Made by a program: the position numbers and the translations under genes. A DNA stretch of 64,000 nucleotides from Harriotta raleighana (lineage: Eukaryota), in assembly GCA_050575255.1 (NCBI GenBank), contig JBNZDD010013729.1, forward strand, positions 12,539,576-12,603,575, in the 5' to 3' direction. Position 1 is the first letter of the stretch; each line of letters opens with the position of its first letter. This document shows, piece after piece, positions 13,210 to 25,619 of the stretch. The notes under the pieces are model-generated. The model was not told the DNA's origin, ran no database searches, and worked only from the letters and a program-made list of their open reading frames with translations.

Positions 13210-16200
13210 TCAAGATATTCAGTCTGAATCTATCATATAAATTCTGTCCACAACCCTCACTCTCCCCCTCCCTTTCCTCTCTTTCTCTCCCTCCCTCTTT
13301 CTCTGCATCAACCTGCCTGCATCACTCTCTCTCGCTCCATTATGCTTTCCCCCCATCTCTCTCTCTCTCTTTCCCCCCCCATCTCTCACTCCCCCCCTCT
13401 CTCTTTCTCTGTCTCTCCATTTCCTCCATTCCCATCTCCCCCGCTGCCCCCCCGCCCCCCATTCCTCTCTGGCTGCTACCTGCAGCAGTATTTATTATGT
13501 ATGCATTACTTAACTTCCCAATGGCAGGCACTCATCTGAACAAGGTAAAAAAAAAACACGACTTTTAAAAGGAGTAGGAATGAGTTTAGACCCAACATTA
13601 AATGCGTCGCCGGATAACTTCCGATTAATCGAATCGGGACTTTTTTTTTGAGATGGCGGTTGAACGGGTTTTCTGATTATTCGAGTCACGGATAAATAAG
13701 GTTTTACTGTATTCCCACTCCCAACATAACATACTGGAGTGAGTCTGACAACTGAGGTGGCAGGTCACTCTTCTAAATCTAACAAAACTGAGCTAGAAAT
13801 TAAATATAATTTCATAATTTTTTGGCTTCATAGGCTTGAGGGAATATTTTGCTAAGTGATGCTCCCCTGGACTACCCTTCACCTTGTATGGTTTTGATGC
13901 TTGCTGATTTACACAGAAAATTTACACAGGTATTATTAATCTTAACACATTTTGAACGATTCATTTAGTTTAGATGTGTGCAGCAATTTTTTTTATATAA
14001 TGGAATTTCTCAGAGATAAACATACTGAATACATAACATACTCCTACTAGCCATGGAAGGAGTATATTTAAAAAAAACTGAGAGTGGTGCAGTTAAGTGT
14101 CAAGTATTAGTCAAACTACTAGTTTCCAATGTTCCTGGAAGAATTAATCCACACTAGATTAAGAGTTTAGGTTGAATGAAATACAGATACTTACTTTCCA
14201 AGCCCAATAAATGGGAAAACAGCTACATAATAGCCAACACAGATAAAAAATATCAACCAGAGGGATGCTGGAAAATGTTTCACATCTGTCAATTTAACGA
14301 CTTCACCTAGAAAGATTTAAAAGGAGCCAATATTAGATGAAGCATTTCACCATTTGCATTCCATTTAGAAATTCTGATAAATTGCTGTGTACCTTGGAAA
14401 ATTTACAAGCTTGTGGGCTGCATATTGAATAGAATGTCAAGGCTAGCAGCCAGTTTTACAAGACTGCCTCAAGCATTTTATCATAGCGTCAGAAATTGCC
14501 AAGACCAGTTACCCATTACTGTTATCTCTTAAACTCTTTAAGTGAAGCGCTTTGAGACGTCCTCCTGAACTGAAAGATGCTATATAAATGTAAATTGCAT
14601 TGTGGATTACCTGGGCATCAGCTCTCCACATATTTTTTTTCTGTGTGCAATATGATTGTAGGAGTTGCCATTGTTGTTAAATTTTTCCATCACACACAAA
14701 ATAAAATGAATGGTATGAGATGGCTGAAATTCTCCATGTCAAGCAAAGCGGTTAAGAGATAAAATAAACAGACAAACACCACCAGAAGAGAACATCAACA
14801 CGTTAATATTTCAAGGTTGTGGCAACAGCAGGTATTTGAAAAAATGCTACCAGACGTTTAAAATTTAGACATTGGCCAAAATCTTCACAACCAAAATGTT
14901 TTTTTTAAATTAAATCTAATGCATCTGCAACATATTTACAAAACAGAATATTCAAACATTCCAGCCAAGTTATGACAATAATACTAATATTAATCTTTGC
15001 ATTTTATATACAGCCTTATCACGTCTTCAAAACATCTCAAAGCGCTTCACAGAATATACTGCAGTGGATTGACTGTAAATCTGGTGGGCAAAATTACAAC
15101 TGTACACACCTCTACTGGCATTTCAGTAGCACGATTTGCAATTTATCCGATTAAAAAACATGCAAGGCTAACCTTGTTAGCTTTGAAGAAATTAATAGAA
15201 TATTGCTATGCTTCAAGTGGATAAACTGGAAAATCAGACTACAAATTATTTGAGTAAATGGTGCAAAGAAAAACCTGGCATTCAAATGGTAACTCAATTT
15301 TTAAAAATAGTTTGTCAGAATAAATTCAATTTTTGAACAGAAGTTTGAGTGACTTATTGAAATTGAAATCAATTTCAAGGAGCTATATGTGCAGTGTGAT
15401 TGTATTTGTATGTGTGCAGATGGGAAGGAGTTGGGTGGGTGGTAGGAGGAAAAATCTCACCTGTATTTCCTTGTTCTTTATTTAATATCTTTGCAGCTCT
15501 TCTGTCTAAGTAACCAAGAAATAATGCACACAGCAAAGAAAAGATACACGTTGAAGCACCTGCACAGAGAGAAAAGGAAAGAGTACTGTTAAGGCAACAT
15601 CCTGTTAAGGAAGAATGTTCTACAATATTCAATAGGGACCATTTTCAGCACCAAAAGACTAAAACCTTCAGAAAATCAATGACACGATACTCCTTGCACA
15701 TGCAGATATCGAGCAACAAAACACAGCACTGATGCCAAAAAATTCCTGAGCTTCAACCACAATACCGGATGACAGAGTGGCCACACTGGGAATTACAAGC
15801 AGCTGTTCCAAACTTCGGGAGATTTGCTGGACATCAGAAAAAAATTAATACTCTTCTGTATTTTGAAATCTTGCCAGTTTAGGGAGTTGCCAGTTTTCAG
15901 AATGTCAGGTTATCAAGGTTTTACTGTAATCATCTTTACAGGTAGAGAAAGGGACGACTTTTTAGGCGCATCCGAGATTCTCTGGTCGTCTTTTAAACTG
16001 TTAAAATAAGCTTGAGAAGTGGTTACATGGAATGATTCTGCTCATTGAACCTCAAATGAACACAAACAAACCTATCATGAGACTTATGCCAAGTGCGGTG
16101 GGACTCTCTGATCCCACCATTTGCGATGCTCTGGAGAAAATCCAACCCATTATATTCATGTTTACGGTGCTGCCCTGTCAAAAAATAAGGCATCTATTTC

Positions 16201-19200
16201 AGTTTGTCCCAGCACAACAACTTAACTTAAGACACAGTTTATGTTTCTCACAACTGCTATTTTTATAGTGGCAAAATCAGTTCTAAAATAGATATGCTTA
16301 AAAGACAAACAAATCTAATACTGTAAGTACTGTATTCAGTCTACCACAAAGTGATCCGTTAAGCAGTGCAGTGGAATTGGCTGGACTCAAACAATGACGG
16401 GAATTGAGATAAAGCAAGTATTAGAATTGAGCTCCAGTTATTGAACGAGAATATACTACTCCTGAAACCTGGTACCCATCTTCTCTCCACACATATGCCT
16501 GGGTTTTGGAAAATTACATTCAGTTTTATTGACAAATATCTTCCCTTTCCAATAGATATACAGTAAAACCTAGTTTATCCGGCACCCACGAGACCTGGCC
16601 AGTGGCGGTTAAATCGTTTTTCCGGTTGAACGGATTAAAATATATATTTTTTTTAAATTAAAAAAATATTTTAACACATACCATATTAATAATAGACTAA
16701 ATAACAACAGAATATTGTATTAGTACTTTTATTTATACTTAACTTTGCACTCACAGCCCTCACCCGACCTTTTTTAGGTCAAATCGATCAATGTAGCAAC
16801 TTCTGTGTTGCGATGCTTAGAGAAGCATCACTATGCATGAGTTTCCATTAACAAGATAAAAACGAACGAGGTAGNNNNNNNNNNNNNNNNNNNNNNNNNN
16901 NNNNNNNNNNNNNNNNNNNNNNNNNNNNNNNNNNNNNNNNNNNNNNNNNNNNNNNNNNNNNNNNNNNNNNNNNNNNNNNNNNNNNNNNNNNNNNNNNNNN
17001 NNNNNNNNNNNNNNNNNNNNNNNNNNNNNNNNNNNNNNNNNNNNNNNNNNNNNNNNNNNNNNNNNNNAGTGTGTCTCTCTCTCTCTGTTTGTGTCTCTCT
17101 ATCTGTGTCTGTCTCTCTATCTGTGTGTCCCTCTCTCTCACCTGTAAAAATGGCTGCTGCTCCAGGGCTCTGACCGTCTCACCAGTTTAGACGCCTAGTG
17201 GCCAACTGCGAGTACTGCACTCGCGAGTACTGCACTCTCTTGGAAAAGCCCATTCAATAAATGCAATCACTATTTGCCGGATAACTTACGGTTAATCGAA
17301 TTGGGACTTTTTTTTGAGGTGGCGGTTGAACAGGTTTTCTGGTTCATCGAGTCACGGATAAACAAGGTTTTACTGTAATTAATGTGGAACTATCCATTTG
17401 TATTACCAACTGGATGTTAATACTGGAATTGATTTTGTTCTTCCCCTATTCCAATGAAAATATATATTCCTTGTCTTGAGACATATCACTGCTTTCAGAA
17501 GAGGTGAATGCTTTACAGATTAATTACAGAATGAATCTTGTGTCAAATGACAATTACTGGATTTATTTGATGACATCACTTTCAGGACTTAATACTGGAA
17601 CTCCTCTCTATATGTCGTGCAAATATACGTTGTTTCAATTATACGTTGTTGACGAACTAATAAATAATTAGGAAAAAAAATTGATTAATTGAAGGGACAT
17701 TAGCTGATTACATTTATATTAGTTGTTTAATAAATATATAAATAAGATAATAAATACAATTAAGAGAACACTTACTAGAAATGGTTGATGTGGTCAGTGA
17801 GCGGGAGGGGGACGGAGTCATTCAGATGAAGGGGCTGGGTTACCTGACTCTTGTACGGATCCTCAGAGGAGCCTGACCACATCAACCTTCTCCAGTAAGT
17901 GTTCTCTCAATTGTATTTTTATCTTATTTATGTAGTCATTAAACTTTTAATTTTCAAAACTAGTGGTGTTGTTTTTGGACTTTATTTAATATTAGTGTGA
18001 GAAAATTTAGACCAGAAATGTACTGAAGGAACGTAACCTCTATTGATAGCATTAGGGCCAATGGTAATTTAGGTTTTGCTATACGTTGTTTCACTTAAAA
18101 TCACACTTTTCAAGAACACATCCCCAACGTTAATTGAGGACTCCCAGGATATGAGTAAATTACAACTAAAAGGTTAACCTTTCATTGTCATGCACCCCTT
18201 CAAAAAGTAACCCAATAAAGATCTTTAGGAATTATTTGGGATAAGATGTTGAAGGCTTGGGATTACTGTATTTCCAATTGTTTAAATAATGTGGAACTAA
18301 TTGTCTGATCCTCATGACCCATTCACATCCTGCAGCTCCCAACAAAAAGCTACTATTCTTACCAGTCTAGCCATGCTCAGTTGTAAACCAAATACAAGGT
18401 TTAGCTTTTTGCCTTTAAACCAACTGACGGCATACGTGTTTTGTGCCACTGCTAGAGACTCCCCTCCAATCCTGTGCAAATAAAAAAAAACTGTGATTAA
18501 GTAACAATTACACAACCATACAATCAATTTTAAGCACAATCCATATTACCTACTTGTCAAATAAAGCCACTGTGATGCTATTCTATCCATTCAAAATATC
18601 TTATTAAACGAAGCAATTTCTTGACTTTCCTCACCACTCTTGTTTTCAAATATGAAACCATTTTGCTTGAGATCTTACTGCCTTTCAAACATCAATGATT
18701 GCTACACTGGGATATAACCACAACTGCTCACACAAAGCCTAATTTAAAAGCATAAAACAAAAGCGTTGACTTGTACACCAGACATTTGGGCTAGGATAGA
18801 ATTCCTCTACGTCAATGCTAATGGATTCTTTGCACAGTAAAAGCCCGTTTATCAGCGACTCGATGAACTGGAACTTCCGTATAATCGGCATGTTAAAACA
18901 AAAGTCCCGATCCGATCAACCAGAAGTTATCCGGCAGAATAGCAATGGCGCATTCAATGAATCGACTGTCGCACGAGAGTCCTGTACAGGTATTTTGGCT
19001 TGCCACTAGTACAGCCTTAAACTCGCTCCACCGTTTTTTTTCCTTCCAAGGTGGCCGCCATTGCAGAAAGTTAAGTCTAAATAATAAAGTACTAATACAA
19101 TATTCTATTATTACAGTATCTGTTATTAGTGTATTTATATGGTACTATTTACAACATTTACAATAAAGTACCCATACAATATTCTGTTATTACAGTATCT

Positions 19201-22200
19201 GTTATTACTGTATTTAGTCTATTTCGCCCACAAGTATACAGTCGATTTTCCTACTCCTTCTCATTACCACGACCCCTTTCCCCCCTGCTCTGGTCCCTAC
19301 CCCTTCCCCCCCTTTCTTTTCTCCCGACCGCCCCCCCACCGGGATGCTGTTGTATTCTGTAAAGCGCTTTGGGACGTCGAGAAGATGTGGAAAGCGCTAT
19401 ATAAATTAAAGTATTATTATTATTACTTATATGGTACAGTGTGCAACATTTACAATAAAGTACCCATACAATATTCAGCTGTTATTATTTAGTCTATTAT
19501 TAATATGGTATGTTTTAAAATAAGTTGTTTTGGTGTTGGTTTTAGGCGTCGGATCGGACCGTTTAACCAGCATTGGCCAGGTCCCGTGGGTGCTAAACGG
19601 GCTTTTACTGTACTATGATGTTACAGAACTATTTACTAGTGTCTTGGTCATTCCTTACTGATTGCTTTTGATAGAGCAGATCGAAGAGATAGAATCCCTT
19701 GACGAAACATCATTAAGTGAATGTTCCACCCAGCCTATCATTACTATTCATGGATTCACTGGAATGTAACTTCATGCCACAACAAGAACACTTTGCATAA
19801 ACCATCTGCTTCAGAGATGCAGCAGTTTACAGCAAAAAGGGCAACAGACAAACAACAGACATTGTAAAAACATGAGATGTTTTTAACATTTGTGGGAAAG
19901 TAGAATTAAAAAAAGTAGTTGGGTTTCTCAAGGATATTCTGAATATTTCAATTCCAACCACATGCAGTTTGCTCATTTCTTGCATAGCCTCAGCCCTGAC
20001 TCTTTCTTCAAATAAACCAAGTTGACAATCTTATGCGAGCTTCGAAAATGCAGTCGTAATATATTAGTAATTGGAGATAATACAATAAAACAAACAAATT
20101 AAGACGGAAAGCATAACTCACCCAAACACAAATCGTCCAGCTTCCATTAACCAAAAGGCATTCAGCAAAGCTCCAGCAGCAAAAATAACCTCAAAGCAAA
20201 ATAAAATTAAATGTTTTGTAATTGAACCACATACACATCTGATTCTTTCATATTTTGTACCATTACTCAGCAGCCTGGACTATGCTGCAGTAAACTTTTT
20301 CCACCACATAATTACAGTTCAAAATAACAAGAGACATAGGTCTAGAGCAGTGGTTCCCAACCTTAGGTCCTGACCCAAATCAAGGTCGCGGGAGCCCTTT
20401 GGGTCGCAAAGGGTCATCAGAAATTTTAATTTTTTTAAATGTTCGAAATGCTTTTTTAATGCTACAAAAGCGACCGAGGCAACACCACCGATCAATTTGT
20501 ACGAAAGAGTGTACTTACGAGTTGTGCTGAGTCCAAAAAGAGATCAAGATAATGTTTTGGCTGAGCTTTGCTTCAGTCGTGATGTCACCCCTAGTGGTGG
20601 GAGGACCGGTTGGAGGCTAATTTGGGTGGCAGCAAAAAAAAGTTGGGAACCACTGGTCTAGTGCCACACCAACAACTGTCCAGAGGGATACTTCTGAATA
20701 ATGTAGAGATTTAAACACACCCACGATGACACTACTGAAATGCTCATGACAACACCAATGTAGCTCCAAAATGTCACTTAAAATTATTACTATGGGAATA
20801 AAAAGTACTCAGTGTTACACATCTCCCTCTGTATACCCTCTATGTTTCATGCAAATCTTATGGTTTCAACTCGCTTTCAAGACATTTTTACAATCATGTC
20901 TTTTGAGGGCTTAAAACAGTAACAATAGCATTTTATAACTATTCCTTGATTTCTGCCACGATGTGGACTGGAATTTCTCTCCCTCTAGCTCAGGAAGTTA
21001 CTCTACAGATATGCACGAACAAATGTTACTGCATCAGAAAATACAGCAGCTTAGGAATGCACAGTACAGTAATTTTGAGATACAGATGCATTGCCAAGTT
21101 GTTAAAAATTTATCAATTCTGAACAGCACTTAAATTCAAGTTAATTATAACTCAGCATAAACATTTCCAATTACATGATGTACTTTGTGAATAATAGTTT
21201 GGCAATATTTAATTTCTACTCACTTGCCCAACACAGACGAACGAGCTAAATAGTATTGTTCCAAAACTGTGCGAGATAAAAAAAAGCATTAAATTGAATT
21301 GCTTTTTAGAAAGTTCATTATATCAATGGCAAACGTAGGAAAATCCATCTCGGACTATGGTTTGCAGCAAAATACCGTCAAAAAAACAAATGGTTGATTT
21401 TGACAATTGTTGGCAGAACACAAACAATCCATTAAAGGTCAGCAGCTCTGGGCTTGTACTGAGATACAGCAATATTCAACATGGGACAAGTTGAATAAAA
21501 ACACGTACACTGTACCATATGAATAAGATGCAAGTTGACCTTACAAAATGGAATAGGGTCTATGCTCAACTAAGACAAAATAATTCAAACTCAGTTGATT
21601 CCCTGGAGCAAATCATAGACTGGACTTTACAATAATCCAATACATTATATAAAAGGATGGTCACAGTACTCTGCATTCTGTATCCAATAAAAATTCCTCC
21701 ATGTCTAGGAACAAAGATTTTATTCTTAGATTCGAAACACATAATCTGAAGCAGGAGATTAAGTTTTCTTTTTTAAGAAAATACTTAATTTATTGGTATA
21801 TCATCAGCACTTTGTTGAACATTTGATCTGAGCTCCTATTTAAATTAGGGAAGTTATTTCTGTTTCTTTGCAGAAAAGAAAAATTTTGCAGAAAATTTCT
21901 GTAAATTTTATATATACTGTATTGCACGCTTCCCCTTTCGTTTTTACGCGATCAATTTTTACATTCCTTTTCCAACTCTGTAAAGATGGTAACCAACATG
22001 TAAGACAGAAAGTTACTTTGTGCCTTTCTCTAACCAGCAAAAAACAAAACAACAAACTTTGATGTTCAATTATCAAAGCAGTCAAACATAAATGTATTTC
22101 ATCCACATATATACAGTCTATTCACTATATATTCTGAGAAGCGCTTTGAGTCTTGAAGATGTGAAAAGCACTATAGCAAATGAAAGGATTATTATAGAAT

Positions 22201-25200
22201 AAAATAACTTTGTATTATATATCCATCATCAGAAACGGTATGCTACATTGATCTATTTCTTCAAGTCCAGTTCCAACAATCTGTTCTGATAACCTATTCT
22301 AGTTCTTGAGTATAAATGTTAAAGGTGGAAATTGGTTTAAAATGAGACTTACCGTATGCCAAACACTCTGTCCAGTAAAAATCCTCCAAAGAAGCAGAGG
22401 ATAACATTGGGCCAAGAATACCATGCATATAGCTGCATGAATGAGGTGGTATTAACTTTCATAACCTGTTAAGATAAACATTTGATGCTGGATTACTCTC
22501 ATTGACGTTGCATTTCATTCTGGCAAATTATAATATACAAGAATTAAGATGACATGGCAAAAGGGCTTGATGTCCATTTGGATAAAGATCAAATTCCTGA
22601 GGCAAGCATGATTGATTTTTGTTTTTTTAATCAAATATTAATGGTACAGACATGGCAAACTATATCAATCCTCATAGTCACTATGTGTTTTCAGTATCTT
22701 TGTTTTAATGATTGCTATGATTTTTCAATAATTCAACACTTCCATACTTACCCCCTGAATTTGAGACTGAAGAGCAGCTGGATTATCATAACAGAAATAG
22801 CTACCTGAAGGGAGGAGAATATTTTTTTTTTAGTTTTAATAAAACCAACAAAGTCAATTAAGTCTTGACACTTTGTGCCAGACTGGTGAGGCACAACCAA
22901 TTTGCAATAACACATTTGCTATTTTTTTCTTGGTGGCTTGTTGGGTCATGATAAGACTATATATAGGCCTAGTGATTTGCCTGCACTTTCAGCTCTGCAT
23001 GGTGGAGTTAAACAATTAAAAATATTTCACCCAGTAACTCTTTCTCACAGGCTTGCAGGTACCTCCTCAACAAGGCTTTATTCATATGTAAATATTACAG
23101 CTATTTGTTGGCCCTGATTTATTTAAACAGAAAGGGTTGATGGAGGCAATCTTCAACCTGAACTCACTCAACATAATCACACATCTAATAGTTTGCTGGA
23201 TATTTATCAGGAGCTGAATGATGTTCCTCTACTTGAACCATGTTTACTGAGGTTAGCAAGATACTCTACACAGGTCAGGGATCAAACCTTGTGTTTGATA
23301 GCTACAAAGAGTCATTGAATAAATCACTTGAACAAACGAGGCGAAGAAAGTTCATTTTACCATTTCATCCACTATTACAATTAAACAAAGCTACAATTTT
23401 TATGATAAATTTTACTTGGTNTACCATTTTACCATTACTATTACAATTAAACAAAGCTACAATTTTTATGATAAATTTTACTTGGTATTTTGTATATAAA
23501 TGAGTGTTCATGTATTTTTCATGAGACACAGGCTGTATCAAATATTATCACAAAGTCTTATCATTTGTTCAATAGATATGTTTTTTCTGATGATAAGTGA
23601 ACTGCTTAAAACCAAACACTAAGTTTTTACCATTTATATTCTTAAGAGAAATATGAATGATCTTAAAACTACAGCTGATAAGATTTCATTAACGGAATTG
23701 AAAGAAATATTGACAAGACTAATTTTAAGATTCAATCTGCTGGGATCGACTACAAAAAAGTGAGTACACTGGTAATTCCAGTGAGGCATTTTGAGCTCCT
23801 GATATACAATTTATAATTGTATAGAAGGAGGATTTCGCCTTTCAAGGACATCTCAAAGCATTTATTGTCCATCTGAATAGGACAGATGGTCCTCAATTTA
23901 ACATCTCATGTGAGGGACAGCTCGTCCGACCATACAGTACACTCCCCTCCACCCCTGGAGTGTCAACCCAGACTGTAAACTCAACGTCAGGTACAGAGAT
24001 GGGGGAGGAAAAGAGGGACAGTAAAAGGGATGGGCTTAACCCTGAGTTCCATCATTGGCAGTTGTGCTGTCAGCCATTAAGCCTCCGAAACTCTGTAGAT
24101 CTCTCCCTCAATCCCTCCGCCTTGCAGTCCTTCCCCTTTTTTTAGATCACTCATAGAGCTTCCTCTTCGACTGTGGTTATTAAATATACGGTCACTTCAC
24201 TTGACAGTTTATTCTGTGAATTGCTTTGAGACGGCTGTAAGATTCTAAGACATCTGTAAGAGTTATTATTATAAAATTATTCTTGTATTTTTATAATTCT
24301 TTTATTCTATAGTGTTATTATTCTTATATTATTCACCCACATATATACAGCAAATTCACTTTACAGTATATTCTGTGAAGCGCTTTGAGATGTCTAGAAG
24401 ACGTGAAAAGCGCTACCAAGGATTATTCTTTTTATATAATAATCCTTGCATTTGATACAGAGCTTTTCACATCTTATCGACGTCTCAAAGCGCTTCACAG
24501 AATATATTGTAAAGTGAATCAACTGTATATTTGTGAGTGAAACGCGGCAGCCAATTGCGCACAGCAGCGTCCTCACAAACAGTGGTGGATTGAAATGACC
24601 AATTTTATTACTGTGTTTTTTTGGAGGGATTATTAGGCGTATGGAGTAAGGAAACTTGCCCAAGGTTTCGCCCTGATCTGCCTGAACACAGATCTCACGC
24701 TTGTAAGGTGAGTGCTCTAACCACTGAGCTACAGGAGCTCCTTCGTATATTATAGTGTGAATTATTTTATAGTATTCTTCTATTGGTGTTATTTTTATTA
24801 TGAGCAGCGCTGTATTTTGCCTACAATTCACAGTCGATTCACTTTTACAGTATATTCTGCAAAACGGTTTGAGACGCAGTCTAGAAGATATGTGATCACA
24901 GACAAGGATGATGATGATGATTCTCATCGTGTTGTTATTATTCTGATAGTAATATTCATTACACAGGCTTAAGATGATATGAATTCTTATTGTGATCATT
25001 ATTACAGTTTATGATTCTATTTGATTATCAGTCAGGTCAGGTCAGTCAGTTAGGACAGGTTAGGTCAGTCAGGTGGGTTTGGTTAGTCAGAGCGGTCAGG
25101 TCAGTCAGGTTAGGTCAGTCAGGTTAGGTCAGGTCAGTCTCACCGAAGCCCAGGAAACACATGAGGACAAGCACCAGGAGGAGGTGGAGGCCTCTGGTCG

Positions 25201-25483
25201 GGTCACACAGAGAGGAGGAGGCGCTGCAGCAGCCGCCNGGGTTTGGTTAGTCAGAGCGGTCAGGTCAGTCAGGTTAGGTCAGGTCAGTCTCACCGAAGCC
25301 CAGGAAACACATGAGGACAAGCACCAGGAGGAGGTGGAGGCCTCTGGTCGGGTCACACAGAGAGGAGGAGGCGCTGCAGCAGCCGCCGGTGCCGGGATCT
25401 GTGTCGGTGCCGGTGAGGAGGGAGTCGGAGAGGCCATCGCCGCCCTCCCTCTCCCTCTCGGTGTCGGTCTCCGTCTCCTCCAT
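4643..25483 (-). CDS. MFSD1: MFSD1 lysosomal MFS transporter gene (15 shared exons plus alternative terminal exons; 475 aa short form, 531 aa long form)
   Basis: Exons 25294-25483, 22752-22804, 22353-22465, 21224-21266, 20122-20189, 18363-18471, 16072-16174, 15461-15559, 14195-14306, 12195-12251, 11783-11939, 10545-10642, 10188-10300, 9047-9094, 8891-8951, then 6657-6660 (short) or 5298-5409 + 4643-4702 (long). All GT-AG with consistent phases; motifs CFLGFGSYFCYDNPAALQ, GIGGESLAVAQN, MQSIQNLGLA. Confidence 0.95.
5298..5409 (-). CDS. MFSD1: MFSD1 long-isoform exon (VENAERIRQWEEEDLAKIQPMSAFAVRNRYLSRLGAQ)
   Basis: gtttcgcag acceptor, phase-2 start matching exon 15, open frame, gtaag donor. Confidence 0.8.
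6657..6660 (-). CDS. MFSD1: MFSD1 short-isoform terminal exon coding part (GA|A TGA)
   Basis: tttcttacag acceptor then A TGA completes Glu-stop; same split-codon arrangement as I recall for human MFSD1. Confidence 0.65.
6717..6968. mobile_element. Degenerate mariner/Tigger-like MITE
   Basis: Imperfect TIRs AGTCCTCCCTTAAC / GTTAAGCGAGGTCTTCCTG-TA; related element at about 17594-18149. Confidence 0.55.
7312..7598 (+). mobile_element. tRNA-derived SINE with Deu-like core and L2-shared tail
   Basis: A-box head TAGCTCAGTGG, core CTGCTGTGTGCAATTGGCTGCC, tail GAAGCGCTTTGAGAC...GTGAAAAGCAC. Confidence 0.85.
8891..8951 (-). CDS. MFSD1: MFSD1 exon 15
   Basis: GGELNLAAWKRSELQNITAEE; ag/gtaag; unspliced read-through also gives GAG TAA. 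Confidence 0.85.
9047..9094 (-). CDS. MFSD1: MFSD1 exon 14
   Basis: LALMAALVLYFWDLLSG; cag/gtatga. Confidence 0.85.
9690..10035 (+). mobile_element. Old DeuSINE (SacSINE1/AmnSINE1-like) copy
   Basis: Degenerate Deu domain GCTGCATTGCCAGAGATGGTGTCCTTCAGTAAGATGTTAAACC...GATCCCATTGCATTATTTGAA...CCTGGTCAGCAAT; other remnants at about 23830-24000 and 29380-29700 (-). Confidence 0.7.
10188..10300 (-). CDS. MFSD1: MFSD1 exon 13
   Basis: MQSIQNLGLAVVSIAAGAILDSKGYFLLEVFF; tag/gtaagt. Confidence 0.93.
10545..10642 (-). CDS. MFSD1: MFSD1 exon 12
   Basis: SLLGISYSLLACALWPMVAFVVPEHQIGTAYGF. Confidence 0.93.
11783..11939 (-). CDS. MFSD1: MFSD1 exon 11
   Basis: IVYIISAPASPVLGFLVDKVGKNI...WNPWIAM. Confidence 0.93.
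12195..12251 (-). CDS. MFSD1: MFSD1 exon 10
   Basis: VFFIEKFKFSPAEASAVNS. Confidence 0.92.
12384..12933 (+). mobile_element. L2 LINE 3' fragment with 7-bp TSD
   Basis: LHWLPI/RIDFKIL-type coding remnant and (GTT)n tail; flanked by GTAAAAC at 12377-12383 and 12934-12940. Confidence 0.88.
13178..13204. repeat. (CA)n microsatellite
   Basis: Directly visible. Confidence 0.9.
14195..14306 (-). CDS. MFSD1: MFSD1 exon 9
   Basis: EVVKLTDVKHFPASLWLIFFICVGYYVAVFPFIGLGK. Confidence 0.93.
15461..15559 (-). CDS. MFSD1: MFSD1 exon 8
   Basis: ASTCIFSLLCALFLGYLDRRAAKILNKEQGNTG. Confidence 0.93.
16072..16174 (-). CDS. MFSD1: MFSD1 exon 7
   Basis: GSTVNMNIMGWIFSRASQMVGSESPTALGISLMIG. Confidence 0.92.
16561..17375. 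mobile_element. Tigger-type MITE spanning an assembly gap
   Basis: TIRs CAGTAAAACC...GGTTTTACTG, TA TSD. Confidence 0.82.
16875..17067. other. Assembly gap (N run)
   Basis: Run of N. Confidence 0.99.
17725..17944. repeat. Long inverted repeat (about 73-bp arms, about 75-nt spacer)
   Basis: 17725-17797 is a near-perfect reverse complement of 17873-17944. Confidence 0.85.
18363..18471 (-). CDS. MFSD1: MFSD1 exon 6
   Basis: IGGESLAVAQNTYAVSWFKGKKLNLVFGLQLSMARL. Confidence 0.95.
18835..19610. mobile_element. Tigger-type MITE containing a SINE/LINE tail
   Basis: CAGTAAAAGCCCGTTTA...TAAACGGGCTTTTACTG. Confidence 0.8.
20122..20189 (-). CDS. MFSD1: MFSD1 exon 5
   Basis: VIFAAGALLNAFWLMEAGRFVFG; uncommon gAG acceptor, gtgagt donor. 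Confidence 0.92.
20348..20655. mobile_element. hAT-Charlie-type MITE
   Basis: TIRs CAGTGGTTCCCAAC / GTTGGGAACCACTG; 8-bp TSD GTCTAGAG / GTCTAGTG. Confidence 0.88.
21224..21266 (-). CDS. MFSD1: MFSD1 exon 4
   Basis: FGTILFSSFVCVGQ. Confidence 0.9.
22353..22465 (-). CDS. MFSD1: MFSD1 exon 3
   Basis: VMKVNTTSFMQLYAWYSWPNVILCFFGGFLLDRVFGIR. Confidence 0.95.
22752..22804 (-). CDS. MFSD1: MFSD1 exon 2
   Basis: SYFCYDNPAALQSQIQG. Confidence 0.93.
24436..24740 (-). mobile_element. tRNA-derived SINE, near full length
   Basis: Reverse complement of the same family. Confidence 0.85.
25294..25483 (-). CDS. MFSD1: MFSD1 exon 1 coding part
   Basis: MEETETD...LCDPTRGLHLLLVLVLMCFLGFG; gtgag donor. Confidence 0.9.
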
Positions 25484-25619
25484 TGCTTTGCCCCCCTGCC
25501 CCTCTCCTCCTGCCCTCCTGCCCCCTCTCTCTCCCCCTGCCCTGCCCTGCCCTGCCCCTCTCCCTTGCCCTGCCCCCCTGCCTCTCTCCCCCTGTCCAGC
25601 CCTCCTGCCCCTCTCTCTC

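Larger units (their letters stand above)
12375..13709. mobile_element. Tc1/mariner (pogo/Tigger-type) MITE interrupted by a LINE in its left TIR
   Basis: TA-CAGTAAAAC[LINE]CCCGTTTATC...GATAAATAAGGTTTTACTG-TA. Confidence 0.8.

Noticed and set aside
24394-24999. 201-aa ORF, and similar ORFs at 46465-47139 and 56386-57093
   Set aside because: Translations of SINE, LINE-tail or GC-rich promoter sequence with no recognisable protein family
25077-25390. Apparent tandem duplication of the 3' part of MFSD1 exon 1
   Set aside because: The copies abut a single N (25238) and differ only in microsatellite units, which is typical of overlapping contig ends or haplotypes
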